A stretch of 63,963 nt of DNA, from contig CM069172.1 of NCBI GenBank assembly GCA_035221665.1, positions 5,208,038-5,272,000 of the forward strand, written 5' to 3'. Below are positions 25,395-37,984 of the stretch, piece by piece (the first letter of the stretch is position 1; every line of letters starts with the position of its first letter). This stretch comes from Okamejei kenojei (taxonomy: Eukaryota). A program made the position numbers and the translations under genes. The notes under the pieces were generated by a model. That model was given only the letters and a program-made list of their open reading frames with translations. It searched no databases and was not told where the DNA came from.

Positions 25395-28282
25395 TCAGAA
25401 GAAACAGGGGGCCGCGAAACAGCTGGGGAACCAGAGAAGGGCAGTGGGTGGTTGAAGCAGAAGAGTCAGAACCGCGAGCGGCAACAGAGGGGAACAGGGC
25501 GCGCGGTATGGGGACCAAGGCATGCAGGGAACACTGGCTGGGATGGCAGCCAGCTGTTGGTATGAGAGTGGCGGGGCATAGGGGCCCGGAGGCTGCGGCT
25601 TCGGCTCATTAACCGCAAGCAGGTGTTGACGACTTCTTCGGTAGATAGTTCCCTTGAAGTCGACCAGGTACGAACGAGGTGAATTGGCAACCCCAACCAC
25701 GGTAGCCAGACGGGAGTAACCACTGGCGGACTGCAACCGAACAACCTGTCCAGTCAACAGAGGATCGAGTGGTCTGCACGACCGATCATGGGAACGCCGT
25801 TGGCTGTCATGTTTCTCTTGAATGCGCCTCTGCACGGAGGCGGGCTCCAGCACCCGAGGTTGCAGCTGGCGCTGAGCAATCGGGATGGTTGGTCTGGTTG
25901 TTCTGGACATCAGACGCTGAGCAGGTGACCCCATGGCCGGATCCCTGGAAACGTTCCTGAGGTTCAGGAGATCCAAATACAAATCAGAGTTAGACAGTCT
26001 TGCCCGTTCCATCAGAAGCTCGGCGCTGCGGACGGCCCGTTCAGCAAGGCCGTTGCTCTGTGGGTACTCTGGGCTGCTGGTGAAATGCACGAAATTCCAC
26101 TTGTCGGCAAAACATTTGAATTCTCGGCTGGTAAACTGCTTGCCGTTGTCAGTCTGCAGCCGGACAGGGGACCCAAAAGTGGAGAAGTGTTTCCGCAGCT
26201 TACGGATTACCATCTCTAAGGTGAGGGATGTCAGCAAATCCACCTTGAACCAGTTTGAGTACGAGGCGACCAGGACAAGGTAGTGGTTACCACGCCACTC
26301 GATGATGTCAGCAGCTAACGAGGACCAGGCCAAGGCAGGAGCAGGTTGTTGCAGCAGGGGCTGTCGCTGCTGGTGTGGAGCAAGACTGTTGCACGTGGAG
26401 CAGGCAGAAACGCAGTCCCGGATATACTTGGCCATTCCAAGCCAGTAGAATTGGCACTGAGCGTGGGCGAGTGTTGCGTCGACCCCAGGGTGTCCGCTAT
26501 GGGCTGCGCAATAGTAAAAGTCAAACAGGGACGACGGGACTACAACTTTATGTCCCTTGATGATAACGCCATCCTGTACCACCAGTTCGTCGCGGACCAG
26601 GAAGAAAGGCTGTGTTTCAGTCGGCGCGCTGGAGCGCTTTGTTGGCCACCCCGATTTAATCACAGAGGCAAGCCGCTGCAAAACTGGATTGGCAGCGGTG
26701 TGCTCGGCCAAAAGCTGTAACTGCTTGGTGGGAATAAAGTCAACACCCAGTACTAGCAAGTCCTCTGTTTCGTAGGGGTGGCGGGCACAGGAAATCCGTG
26801 GGGTGCGGGATAGGGTGTCCAAAATGTGCATCTCGGTGCCCTTCTTGTAGATAACGTTGAAATCGAAACGCTGAAACTGCAGCATCATACGCTGCAGCCT
26901 GGCAGGGGCAGCGTGAATCGGTTTGTTCAGAATTGTCACCAGTGGCTGGTGGTCGGTTTCAACCGTGAATCTGCTGCCAAACAGGAAGTCTCTGAACTTG
27001 GAGCAGGCGAACACTACCGCGAGCAGTTCCTTCTCGATCTGAGCATAACGCTGCTCGGTGTCCGTCATGGTGCGGGAGGCATAGGAGACAGGATGTAACG
27101 ATCCATCGACAGACTGAAGGCAGGCCGCGCCCAGACCGAATTTGGAAGCGTCACAGGTGACGGTGATGGGGCGACTCACGTCGAAGAACCTCAAAGTCGG
27201 TGTGTTAATCAATCTGGACTTGAGACAGTCAAAGGCCTGCTGGTGTTGTGGGAACCAGGCCCAGGCGATATCCTTTTTTGTCAGCTGCCGCAGAGGTGCA
27301 CTCAGCTCACTGAGATTTGGTATAAACTTCCCAAGGTAATTCACCATGCCCAGGAAGCGTTGCAGACCTGGCACGTTGGTAGGGGCAACCATCTCAGAGA
27401 TGGCAGCTGCCTTCAAAGGGTCGGGTTTTAGTCCGTTAGAGGTGAAAACATGTCCAACATACGTGACTTCTGAAACACGAAACCGGCACTTCTTGGGATT
27501 CAGTTTCAGGTTGGCCCATCGCGCCCGATCCAGGACGCGGCGGAGGTTCAGGTCGTGCTCGGCAATGTCCTTCCCATAAACCAGGATATCATCCACGATG
27601 ATGGCACATGGCAGGCCTGAGAATATCTGCTCCATCGTTCGCTGGAACACCTCGCTAGCGGAATTGATGCCGAATGACATTCGCAGAAACTTTGCCAAAC
27701 GGTGTGGAGAAGGTCGTCAGATCAGAAGACGCTTTGTCCAATGGAATCTGCCAAAATGAGTTCTTAGCGTCTAGGACCGAAAAGATGGTGGCCTGCCCGA
27801 CCTGAGCCGCCACGTCCTCAACAGACCGCATGGGGTAGTGGGGGACGCCTGGTGGCAAGGTTTAAGTCCTTCGGGTTGATGCACACGCGTATTTCATTCT
27901 TGTCTTTCTTTAGCGTGGCAACCATGGTGGAGACCCAATCGGTGGGCTTGCCAACTGCCTCTAGCACCCCCATTTTGACCATGTTGTTGTTCATCGCCTC
28001 GACCTTGTCTTTCATGGCGTGAGATACCCTGTGCGGGGCGCGGACCACGGGCGTCACATGTGGGTCAATGGAAATATGGTAAGCCAGTGGTAACTTTCCC
28101 AGGTCATCGTTGAACAGGTCCTGGTATTCTGCTACTGGATCAAACGACAGTTGCACTTTGTGGACCGTGCGGTCGAACGACACCAGGCCAAGATCCTGGC
28201 ACGCACGGTTGCCCAGCAGAGTCACACAGTCAGAATTCAAAACATAAAAAAAACAGGTTTCATGTGGCCTTTTGCAGCACAC
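25395..28282 (-). pseudogene. pol: Gypsy Pol (RT, RNase H, integrase) split by frameshifts near 27855 and 27695
   Basis: LDAKNSFWQ, IIVDDILV, CDASKFGLGA, YAQIEKELLA, TDHQPL, HHCC, TDNGKQF, PQSNGLAERAV. Confidence 0.92.
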
Positions 28283-29393
28283 AAGTTAAGGTGGCCCTCC
28301 CCACCGGCCTGAGAATTTCTCCTCCATAGGCATGCAGAGTAGAATTGTCAGCAATCAGGGGCTCATTATTCCTTATCTTGTTGAAGAGGTTTATTGACAA
28401 AACGATGTCCTTTGCACCAGTGTCTAACTTAGCAAGGAAGGTCACATCATTGACAGTTACAGATACGGTGGGATCAGAACGTTGGCCAGGTGCATGGAGG
28501 AGAGTAAACACACTCAACTCCTCCAGAGAACTAATTGGATCTGCATCGTAGGATTCTGCTATGTAGGGCTGTGAGCTGTAACAGTCATCAGATTGTGTCA
28601 GCCTGTTTAGATTAGGTCTGGAAGTCTGTGCAACTGTCCCACGGGCCCGACAGACTGCAGAGAAATGATTCAATTTTTTACAAAAGTTGCAGGCCTTAGC
28701 ATAGGTGGGGCACGTCGACAGTCTGTGTTGCATGCAGTTACAGTTCAGGCATTTCTTGGGGGGCATTTCGCCAGGACCTGGGTTGGCACGCGGCAGAAAA
28801 GCAGTGTTTCCCATCCGAGGCTGCAGTCTCTTAAACCCAGCCAGGTTGATAGATTTAGTGCCCGAATCACGGTGGTCATCTGGCAATTCAACGACCTCAG
28901 ACATTCTGCAGGCATGCATAGCTTTGGCTAATGTTAGATCCGAATCCCTTAGAAGCTCACAACGCAACTTCTGGTCACGCATGCCTGATACTGAAATGTC
29001 TCTAGTGAGCTGGTCTGTCATGTCACCGAAATGGCACCACTGGGCAAGATGACGCAAATCAGCAATGAAACATTCAACAGGTTCATCTGGCAACTGTTTC
29101 CTTGTAAAAAACCGTGCTCTCTCTAGAATGCGGTTCGAGGGCAGGTCGCAAATCTCCCTGAACTTACGTAGCAGGCAAGTGGGGTCACTGTCTGATTCTG
29201 CAGGAGTAGGCACCACGTTATTCTCGTCCAGGACCGCTGGAGCGTAGGTGAAGGTTCTGGCTCTCCTCATGGCATCAGGTCCGACAAGGTTGAGGAGGAG
29301 GGAGGCTTTAACGGAGTCAGGTTCGGCTGACAAAGTGGGTGAAATCAAATTCAAACGTGGCCCAGCGCTCAGAGATGTCAGCATCAAAGACAA
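28260..29393 (-). CDS. gag: Gypsy Gag (CCHC knuckle) and aspartic protease
   Basis: CNFCKKLNHFSAVC zinc knuckle; AKLDTGA protease motif. Confidence 0.88.
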   Translation of the reverse strand: MSLMLTSLSAGPRLNLISPTLSAEPDSVKASLLLNLVGPDAMRRARTFTYAPAVLDENNVVPTPAESDSDPTCLLRKFREICDLPSNRILERARFFTRKQLPDEPVECFIADLRHLAQWCHFGDMTDQLTRDISVSGMRDQKLRCELLRDSDLTLAKAMHACRMSEVVELPDDHRDSGTKSINLAGFKRLQPRMGNTAFLPRANPGPGEMPPKKCLNCNCMQHRLSTCPTYAKACNFCKKLNHFSAVCRARGTVAQTSRPNLNRLTQSDDCYSSQPYIAESYDADPISSLEELSVFTLLHAPGQRSDPTVSVTVNDVTFLAKLDTGAKDIVLSINLFNKIRNNEPLIADNSTLHAYGGEILRPVGRATLTCVLQKAT

Positions 29394-30468
29394 GCTGCGC
29401 GGGCTTTCTGCAAGAAGACGCCATGGCCAGAGAGATTAAGCACAAATAGGCACAAAATCAAAAGAAAGAAATAAAACCCGATAGACAGGAGACGCAGGTA
29501 TCTTCCAGCTTCGGCGCCATGTAAATAAGCAATTCACAAACTCTTAAAGTGTATGACATCCTTTAATGATAGCACAGGGTATAACACACGTCAGCAAGCA
29601 CTGGTTACATTCTTCGACTGACTGTACCCAGGGAGGGGAAAGCGTTATGATTGATGTTAACTAAGGTGGGGTTATAGGTACTGAGGTAGCTATATTATTG
29701 GTTGCATGCATGAACCATCTACACCTTTCTTTGTCCACACGGGAGCAGCGGTGAGCATTTTGCACCGTCTGGGGGGGTCGACGCTCGTTCTGGGCTGCCG
29801 GGCCTTGCTCTGGCCTCCGTCAATGACATCCCAACCAGACATCCGGTGTATGCACAGATTGTTTTCATTTTCGACTCCTGTTGCTTGTCCATGTTCTTTC
29901 CTTATTGCTGACGTCTAACAGCCACTGCTGGGCGCTGATTTTTTTTTTTCCTGGCACATCACCAGCTGGGCGATGAGAAGGGACAGCATCTCACCCCTTC
30001 TGCAGGTTTGCCTTGGTCTCCTTGCAACCCACGGCCGGGAGGGCCCACAGCCAGAGCGCCGACTGCGCCCGCGGGCCCCACAGTCTTGACCCACAGCCGG
30101 GGTGCCCATGGACCCACAGCAGGAGCCGCCCTCAACCATGCTGGCACACCTTCCGGATGAAGGAGGGGCTTGCTCTTTTTTGTTTCACTGTCCCGCCCGC
30201 TTCTGCCCTCAAGTACTCCCTGTGTGTCTATCTAATGTGACTTTTATGCTCGACATGGGTGGTTCGTCTTCAGCCCACTAATTTAGGACATTGGTCAGCC
30301 TGTACAGAAGACCCAGTGTTGTCGTCGGGGCTGTCTGTGTTCTGCCCACTTCCACTCTCATTTTGCCGGTTGTGTTTCCGAGCGCGCGTGTTGTGTTTAC
30401 AAGTTCAGGCCATCTTGTTTCGTCTGCCTGCTCGTTTTCATTCCTCCGGTTCTGGAGGGGGAATCATG

Positions 30469-30487
30469 TGGTGCCACCTGGTGGTCA
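30469..30487 (-). promoter_or_regulatory. CTCF-like motif at the start of the old Gypsy 3' LTR
   Basis: Minus strand reads TGACCACCAGGTGGCACCA, close to the CTCF core consensus. Confidence 0.55.
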
Positions 30488-31815
30488 AGCCACTTACTGA
30501 TCGAACCCTCGTCACCAGAACTGGAACAGTCATGTGACTGCGTTTGGCAGGAGGAGAACTTCATCAGTTAAGGGGTGGGTCCTACAACAACAGAAACGTA
30601 GCTCGATATCGCATGTTAACAACCTCGCTCGGCAGCAGCAACAATGACTTTTTGTCAGAGTGTACCAAACACGTGTGTATGCCAAACCTGTAATGTCTTA
30701 ATAAAAACAGCATTTGTACATAACGGTTGGACACTCTACAATCTGTCATAAAAATGTCTGTTATCATGAGGGTATACGGTTGAGAGGGTGAATTTAGTTG
30801 AGCAAGGAACCACAAATGCTGGCTTAAACCAAAGATGGACACAAAAAGCTGGAGTAACTCAATGGGTCAGTTTAGTTTAGTTTAGTTTTGGGGTACAACG
30901 TGGAAACAGGCCCTTCTGCCCAACCAGTCCGCGAAGACCATCGATCACCCATTCACACTAGGTATGTGTTTATAGTTAATAGACAATGGACAATAGACAA
31001 TAAGTACAGGAGTAGGCCACTCGGCCCTTCGAGCCAGCACCACCAACACTGTCATCGTGGCTGATCATCCACAATCATTACCCCATTCCTGCCTTCTCCC
31101 CATATCCCTTGACTCCGCTATCTTTAAGAGCCCTATCTAACTTTCTCTGGAAAATATCCAGAGAATTGCCCTCCACTGCCTCCTGAGGCAGAGAATTCCA
31201 GATTCACAACTCGCTGGCTGAAAGGGTTTTTCCTCATCTCCGTTCTACATGGCCTACCCCTTATTCATAATCTGTGGTCCCTGGTTCTGGACTCCCCCAA
31301 CATCGGGAACAGGTTTCTTGCCTCCAGCATGTCCAATCACTTAATAATCTTATATGTTTCAATAAGATCCCCTCTCATCCTTCTAAATTCCAGTGTATAC
31401 AAGCCCAGTCACTCCATTCTTTCAACAATTCACAGTCCTGCCATCCAGGGAATTATCTTTGTGAACCTACTCAATACCTACTTTGTGAACACTCCCTCAA
31501 TAGTAAGAATGTCCTTCCTCAAATTTGGAGACCAAATACTCACACAATACTCCAGGTGTGGTCTCACTAGGGCCCTGTACAATTGCACAAGGACCTCTGT
31601 GCTCCTATGTTCAACTCATCTTGTTAAGAAGGCCAACATGCCATTAGCTTTCTTCGCTGCTTGCTGTAACTGCATGCTCACTTTCAGTGACTCCACAAGG
31701 ACACCCAGATCTTGGTGTACTTCCCCTTTTCTAACCATATAACAATTACAGCACGGAGACAGGCCCTCTCGGCCCTTCCAGTCCGTGCCGACCATTTGTT
31801 TTCCCCTAGTCCCAT

Positions 31816-34620
31816 CTACCTGCACTCAGACCATACCCCTCCATTCCCTTCACGTCCAATATACCTATCCACTTTACTTTTAAATGTTAAAATCGATCCT
31901 GCCTCCACCACCTCTGCTGGAAGCTCATTCCACACAGCCACCACCCTCTGAGTAAAGAAGTTCCCCCTCACGTTACCCCTAAACTTCTGTCCCTTAATTC
32001 TCATGTCATGCCCTCTTGTTTGAATCTTCCCTACCCTCAATGGGAAAAGCTTATCCACGTCAACTCTGTCTACCCCTTTCATCATTTTAAAGACCTCAAT
32101 CAAGTCCCCCCTTAACCTTCTGCGCTCCAAAGAATAAAGACCTAACTTGTTCAACCTTTCTCTGTAACATAGTTGCTGGAACCCTGGCAACATTCTAGTA
32201 AATCTCCACTGTACTCTCTCTATTTTGTTGACATCCTTCCTATAACTAGGCGACCAAAATTGTACACCATACTCCAGAATTGGTCTTACCAATGCCTTGT
32301 ACAATTTTTAACATTACTTCCCTACTCCTATATTAAATGCTCTGATTTATAAAGGCCAGCACACCAAAGGCTTTCTTTACCACCCTATCTACATGCGATT
32401 CCACCTTCAGGGAACTATGCACAGTTATTCCTAGATCCCTCTGTTCCACAGCATTCCTCAATTCCCTACCATTTACCATGTACGTCCTATTTTGATTTGT
32501 CCTGCCAAGATGTAGCACTTCACACTTATCAGCATTAAACTCCATCTGCCATCTTTTAGCCCACTTTTCCAAATGGCCCAAATCTCTCTGTAGACTTTGA
32601 GAATCTACTTCATTATCCACAATACCACCTATCTTAGTATCATCTGCATACGTACTTATCCAACTTTCCACCCCATTATCCAGATCATTGATGTACATGA
32701 CAAACAACAGTGGACCCAACACAGATCCCTGAGGCACCCCACTGGTCACCGGCTTCCAACCTGACAAACAGCCATCCACCATTACTCTCTGACATCTCCC
32801 ATTCAGCCACTGTTGAATCCATCTTGCTACTCCGCCATTAACACCCAAAGATTGAACCTTCTGAACCAACCTTCCATGGGGAACCTTGTCAAAGGCCTTA
32901 CTGAAATCCATATAGACAACATCCACTGCTTTACCCTCATCATTTCCCTAGTTACCGCTTCAAAAAATTCAAGAAGGTTTGTCAAACATGACCTTCCAGG
33001 CACAAATCCATGTTGACTGTTCCTGATCAGACCCTATTTATCCAGATGCTTATATATATTATCTCTAAGTATCCTTTCCATTAATTTTGCCCACCACTGA
33101 CGTCAAACTAATAGTCTATAATTGCTAGGTTTATTCTTTGAACCCTTTTTAAACAATGGAACAACATGCGCAGTACGCCAATCCTCCGGCACTATTCCCA
33201 TTTCTAATGACATTTGAAATATTTCTGTCATAGCTCCTGCTATTTCTACACTAACTTCCCTCAATGTCCTAGGGAATATCCTGTCAGGACCTGGAGACTT
33301 ATCCACCTTTATATTTTTCAAAAGTGTCAGTACTTCCTCCTCTTTGAATCTCATAGTTTCCATAGCTACTCTACTTTTTTCCCTTACCTCACAGAGTTCA
33401 ATATCCTTCTCCTTGGTGAATACCGAAGAAAAGAAATTGTTCAATATCTCCCCCATCTCTTTTGGATTGGCAGATAGCTGTCCATTCTTGTTCTCTAATG
33501 GTCCAATTTTATCCCACGTTATCCTTTTGCTATTAATTAGCTGTAGAAACCCTTTGGATTTACTTTCACCTTTCTTGCCAAAGCAACCTCATATCTTCTT
33601 TTAGCCTTCCTAATTTCTTTCTTAAGATTATTTTTACATTCTTTATACTTCTCTAGCACCTCATTTACTCCATGCCTCCTATAATTATTGTAGATATCTC
33701 TCTTTTTTCGAAACAAGTGTCTAATTTCCCTTGAAAACCATGGCTCTTTCCAATTTTTTACTATTTCCTTTCAACCTAACAGGGACATAAAGATTCTGTA
33801 CTCTTACAATTTCCCCTTTAAATGTCCTCCATTTCTCTTCTACATCCTTCCCATGAAACTAAAGTGTCCCAATTCACTCCTTTAAAATCCTCACGCATTC
33901 CCTCAAAGTTAGCCTTTCTCCATCAAAAATCTCCACTCTAGGTCCTGTTCTGACTCGCTCCATAATTATATTGAAACTAATGGTATTGTGATCACAGGTC
34001 CCGAAGTGCTCACCAACGCATACCTCCGTCACCTGTCCTGCCTCATTTCCTAACAGGAGGTCCAGCACTGCCCCTTCTCTGGTCGGTACCTCTATGTACT
34101 GCTGCAAAAAACTATCCTGCACACATTTTACAAACTCCAAACCATCCAGCCCATTTACAGAATGTGTTTCCCAGTCTATTTTTGGGAAATTGAAATCTCC
34201 CACAATCACTACCTTGTGCTTACTACTAATATCTGCTATCTCCTTACATATTTGCTCTTCCAATTCTCGCTCCCCATTTGGCGGTCTATAGTACACCCCT
34301 AAAAGTGTTGCTACACCGTTCCCACTTCTCAGTTCCACCCAAATAGCCTCCCTAGACGAACCCTCTAATCTATCCTGCCAAAGCACTGCTGTAATATCCT
34401 CTCTGACAAGCAATGCAACACCTCCACCTCTGGTCCCTCCAATTCTATCACCCCGGAAGCAACGAAATCCTGGAATATTTAGTTTCCAATCACAGCCCTC
34501 CTGCAACCATGTTTCACTGATTGCCACAACATCATATTTCCAGGTGTCAATCCAGGCTCTAAGTTCATCCACCTTACTTACAATGCTCCTAGCATTAAAA
34601 ATATGCACATTTTATAAACC
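31816..34620 (-). pseudogene. CR1 ORF2 (APE endonuclease and reverse transcriptase), frameshifted
   Basis: NARS, ISETWL, GGGVA, YYRPPN, GDFN, CDH; DFSKAFDKVPH, VPQGSVLGP, YADDTK. Confidence 0.92.
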
Positions 34621-34759
34621 CACCATCCTTTATTCTCTGTCTATTATCTTTTTCATCTTTCTCGCCTACATTTTGGGTCCGAGTGCTTCCCTTCTCTGTC
34701 TCTTGGCCCACACCCTGTCCCCTAGCCCCCCCTCTACCCGAGTCCCTCCCCCCAGCCTT

Positions 34760-35691
34760 TCTAGTTAAAGTCTCCCCAGTAGCCTTTGCAAATCTTCCTG
34801 CCAGGATATTGGTCCCCCTCGGGTTCAAGTGCAACCCGTCCTCTGCGTACAGATCATACCTTCCCAAAAGAGGTCCCAGTGATCAAGAAACTTGAATCGC
34901 TGCCCACTGCACCAGTCCCTCAGCCACGCATTTAGCCTCCACCTCATTTCATTCCTACTCTCACTGTCACGCGGCACAGGCAGTAATCCTGAAATCGTTA
35001 CCCTTTTGGTCCTTCTCTTTAACTTTCCCCCCAACTCCCTAAATTCTCCCTTCAGGACCTCGTCACTTTTTCTGCCTATGTCATTGGTACCTATGTGTAC
35101 CACAACATCAGGCTCTTCTCCCTCCCTTATCAGAATCTTTTGGACACGTTCTGACACATGCGAGACCCTGGCACCAGGGAGGCAAACTACCATCCGGGTC
35201 TCCCGACTGCGTGCACAGAATCGCCTATCCGACCCCGTAACTATAGAGTCCCCTATTATAATTGCCCTCCTCTTTTTGCTACCCTTCTGAGCATCAGGGC
35301 CGGTCTCTGTGCCGGAGGCCCGGACGCTGTTGTTGCCCCCAGCTAGGCTGTCCCCTCCAATCGTACTCAAACCCGAGTACCTATTTTCCAGTTGTACGGT
35401 CACAGGGGTACTCTCTAGCCCCTGCCACTGCCCCTTGCCCTTCCTAACCGTGACCCACTTGTCTGCCTCCTGTGGACTGGGAGTGACTACCTCCCTGTAG
35501 CTCCTCTCTATGACCTCCTCACTCTCCCTGACCAGACGGATGTCGTCGAGCTGCTGCTCCAGGTTCCTAACACGATCCTTTAGGAGCCCCATCTCGACAC
35601 ACCTGGCGCAGATGTGTACGTCTGGAGGGCTGTCAGATTCCCTGACCTCCCACATCTGACATCCAGAACAGTACACTGCCCTGGCCTTCAT
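34760..35691 (-). CDS. CR1 ORF1: zinc finger, coiled coil and SGNH/GDSL esterase (frameshift near 34865)
   Basis: CxxC...CxxC; IIIGDS; PGARV; VHIGTND; DGLHLN in the next frame. Confidence 0.88.
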
Positions 35692-35887
35692 ACTTCCCCC
35701 TTACACAAGATACAATAGCAACACAATATAAAAACACTACAAACTGCTGGGATCTGACTGTAAATCAGCTGCTTTCCCTAGTCCCACTTCCCACCAATCA
35801 GCTGCTTTCCCTAGTCCACTTCCCACCAATCAGTGGCTTCCTCAAAAAAAAACCCACTTCTCCAAATGGAATGTTATGGATTTCGGT

Positions 35888-36297
35888 AAAAACAAGCCCC
35901 GCGCTAGATTTTATAGCTTACCGGTCGGGTGTCGCTCCTCCCCCTCCTCCTCTTCCAACGGCTCCTGTGGGCCTCTGAAAAAACAAGCCCCGCGCTAGAT
36001 TTTATAGCTTACCGGTCGGGTGTCGCTCCTCCCCCCCCCCTCCTCCTCTTCCAACGGCTCCTGTGGGCCTCTGAAAAAACAAGCCCCGCGCTAGATTTTA
36101 TAGCTTACCGGTCGGGTGATGCTCCTCCCCCTCCTCCTCTTCCAACGGCACCTGTGGGCCTCTGAAAAAACAAGCCCCGCGCTAGATTTTATAGCTTACC
36201 GGTCGGGTGTCGCTCCTCCCCCTCCTCCTCCTCCTCTTCCAACGGCTCCTGTGGGCCTCTGAAAAAACAAGCCCCGCGCTAGATTTTGAAGCTTACC
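35888..36297. repeat. Tandem ~90-97-bp monomers (4 full plus 1 partial) in the CR1 5'UTR
   Basis: aaaaacaagccccgcgctagatttt recurs at about 35888, 35978, 36074, 36165 and 36262. Confidence 0.93.
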
Positions 36298-37224
36298 AGT
36301 TCGGTAAGCTTCAAAATCTAGCGCGGGGCTTGTTTTTTCCTACCTTAATACCATTCAGATAATAATCTGTCTTCCTGTTCTTGCCATCAAAGTGAATAAC
36401 TTCACATTTAGCCACATTAAACTGCATTTGCCATGCATCTGCCCACACACCCAACCTGCCCAAGTCACCCTGCATCCTTATAGCATCTTCCTCACAATTC
36501 ACACTGCCACCCAGCTTTGTGTCATCTGAAAATTTACTAATGTTACTTTTAATCCCTTCATCTAAATCCTTAATGTATATTGTAAATAGCTGCGTTCCTA
36601 GCAACGACCATTACGGTACCCCACTAGTCACTGCCTGCCATTCTGAAAGGAACCCGTTAACCCCTACTCTTTGTTTCCTGTCTGCCAAACAATTTTCTAT
36701 CCATGCCAGTACTCCACCGCCAATACCATATGCTCTAATTTTGCCCACTAATCTCCTATGTGAGTCGTTATCAAAGACTTTCTGAAAGTCCAGGTACACT
36801 ACAGCCACTGGCTCTCCCTTGTCCATTTTCCTCGCTATATCGTCAAAAAATTCTAGAAGATTAGTCAAGCATGATTTTCCCTTTGTTGATCCATGCTGAC
36901 TCTGACCGATCCTGTTACATCTTTTAAAATTGACTCCAGCATCTTCCGCACCACCGATATCAGGCTAACTGGTCTATAATTCCATGTTCTTAAAAAGTGG
37001 AATAACATTAGCTACCCTCCAGACAAGAGACATGCCGGTTGTACTTTGGCAGTACACCCCGGATGTCTCCGGCTACAATGACCAGGTCACCGTGGACTTG
37101 GTGGGCCGAAGGGCCTGTAACTGCGCTGTATCTCTAAGGTAAACAAAGTAACAAATAAGTACAAATTGCTCTCATTTGTACATGAGTACCAAAAAATCAT
37201 ATTTAATGTAATAATTTTAGTCAA

Positions 37225-37685
37225 CAAGTTTATTCGTCACATACGCATTTGAGATGTGCAGTGAAATGAAAAGTGGCAATGCCTGCGGATTGTGCAAAAA
37301 ACTACAAAACAGAATGAACAGAGTCAGTAATTACATATTTGTGGAAAAAAAAGAAAAAACAGCAATTTAAAAAAGACACCACACAGTAAATTGGTCCAGT
37401 AAATTAGTCCCCAGTGAGATAGGAGTTTACAGTCCTAATGGCCACTGGGAAGAAACTCCTTCTCATCCGCTCTGTTTTCACAGCATGGCAACGGAGGCGT
37501 TTGCCTGACCTTAGCAGCTGGAACAGTCTGTTGCTGGGGTGGAAGGGGTCCCCCATAATGTTGCTGGCTCTGGATCTGTACCTTCTGATGTATAGTTCCT
37601 GCAGGGGGGGCAAAATGTAGTTTATCTTCAGTCGTGTGTATGTCCTTGGATGTTGTGCCCTCCTAAAGTCCACGATCAGCTCCTT
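37225..37685 (-). mobile_element. Rex1/Babar-type LINE 3' fragment
   Basis: KELIVDFRR; HPSNRLFQLLRSGKR...SFFP.AIR. Confidence 0.75.
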
Positions 37686-37975
37686 AGTTTAGTATAGTTT
37701 AAAGATACAGCGCGCAAACAGGCCCTTCGTCCCACCGAGTCTGCACCGCCCATCAGTCCCAGCACTATCCTACACTCAGTAGGGACAATTTATATTTATA
37801 CCAAGCCAATTGACCTACAAAACTGGAATGTGGGAGGAAACCGATGAACTCGGGGAAAATACACGCAGGTGACGGAGAGAAGGTACAAACTCCATATAGA
37901 CAAGCATAGTCAGGATCAAAGCTGGGTCTCTGGTGCTGTAATGTGGTAGCTCTACCGCTGCTCCACCTTGCCTCC
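37686..37975 (-). mobile_element. HE1/V-SINE-type SINE abutting the duplication breakpoint
   Basis: Same head, V-domain and tail as 5272-5580. Confidence 0.75.
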
Positions 37976-37984
37976 TGCCCGAAT

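Larger units (their letters stand above)
25063..29723 (-). mobile_element. Near full-length Ty3/Gypsy LTR retrotransposon
   Basis: LTRs 25063-25264 and 29520-29723 (TG..CA, about 95% identical by eye); PBS TGGCGCCGAAGCTG; PPT aaggggaaggt; gag-PR-RT-RH-IN order. TSD is imperfect. Confidence 0.95.
24304..30733 (+). mobile_element. Old, internally deleted Ty3/Gypsy element (host of the younger Gypsy)
   Basis: Truncated 5' LTR 24304-24361, PBS-like ttttgtgacccagacg, gag remnants (LGDRRPS; QMPDCIRLLLAGADFD; C..H.RW..EA), protease remnant FVHTGAAVSIL at ~29730, PPT ggaggggg and 3' LTR TG..CA 30467-30733. Confidence 0.8.
31739..36339 (-). mobile_element. Near full-length CR1-clade LINE with tandem-monomer 5'UTR
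   Basis: ORF1, APE-RT ORF2 with a few frameshifts, and 3'UTR ending ...ccgtgctgtaattgttat. Confidence 0.93.
30975..37020 (-). mobile_element. CR1/HER1 fragment (30975-31738 plus 36340-37020) split by a younger CR1
   Basis: RT motifs continue across the insertion (YLDFQKVFD and KFSDDTK on the right; DLGVLV and RALVRPHLEYC on the left). Confidence 0.8.

Noticed and set aside
35888-36297. CRISPR-like appearance of regular repeats (also 45849-46246 and 63075-63292)
   Set aside because: Units are contiguous with no unique spacers, there are no cas genes, and the context is vertebrate.
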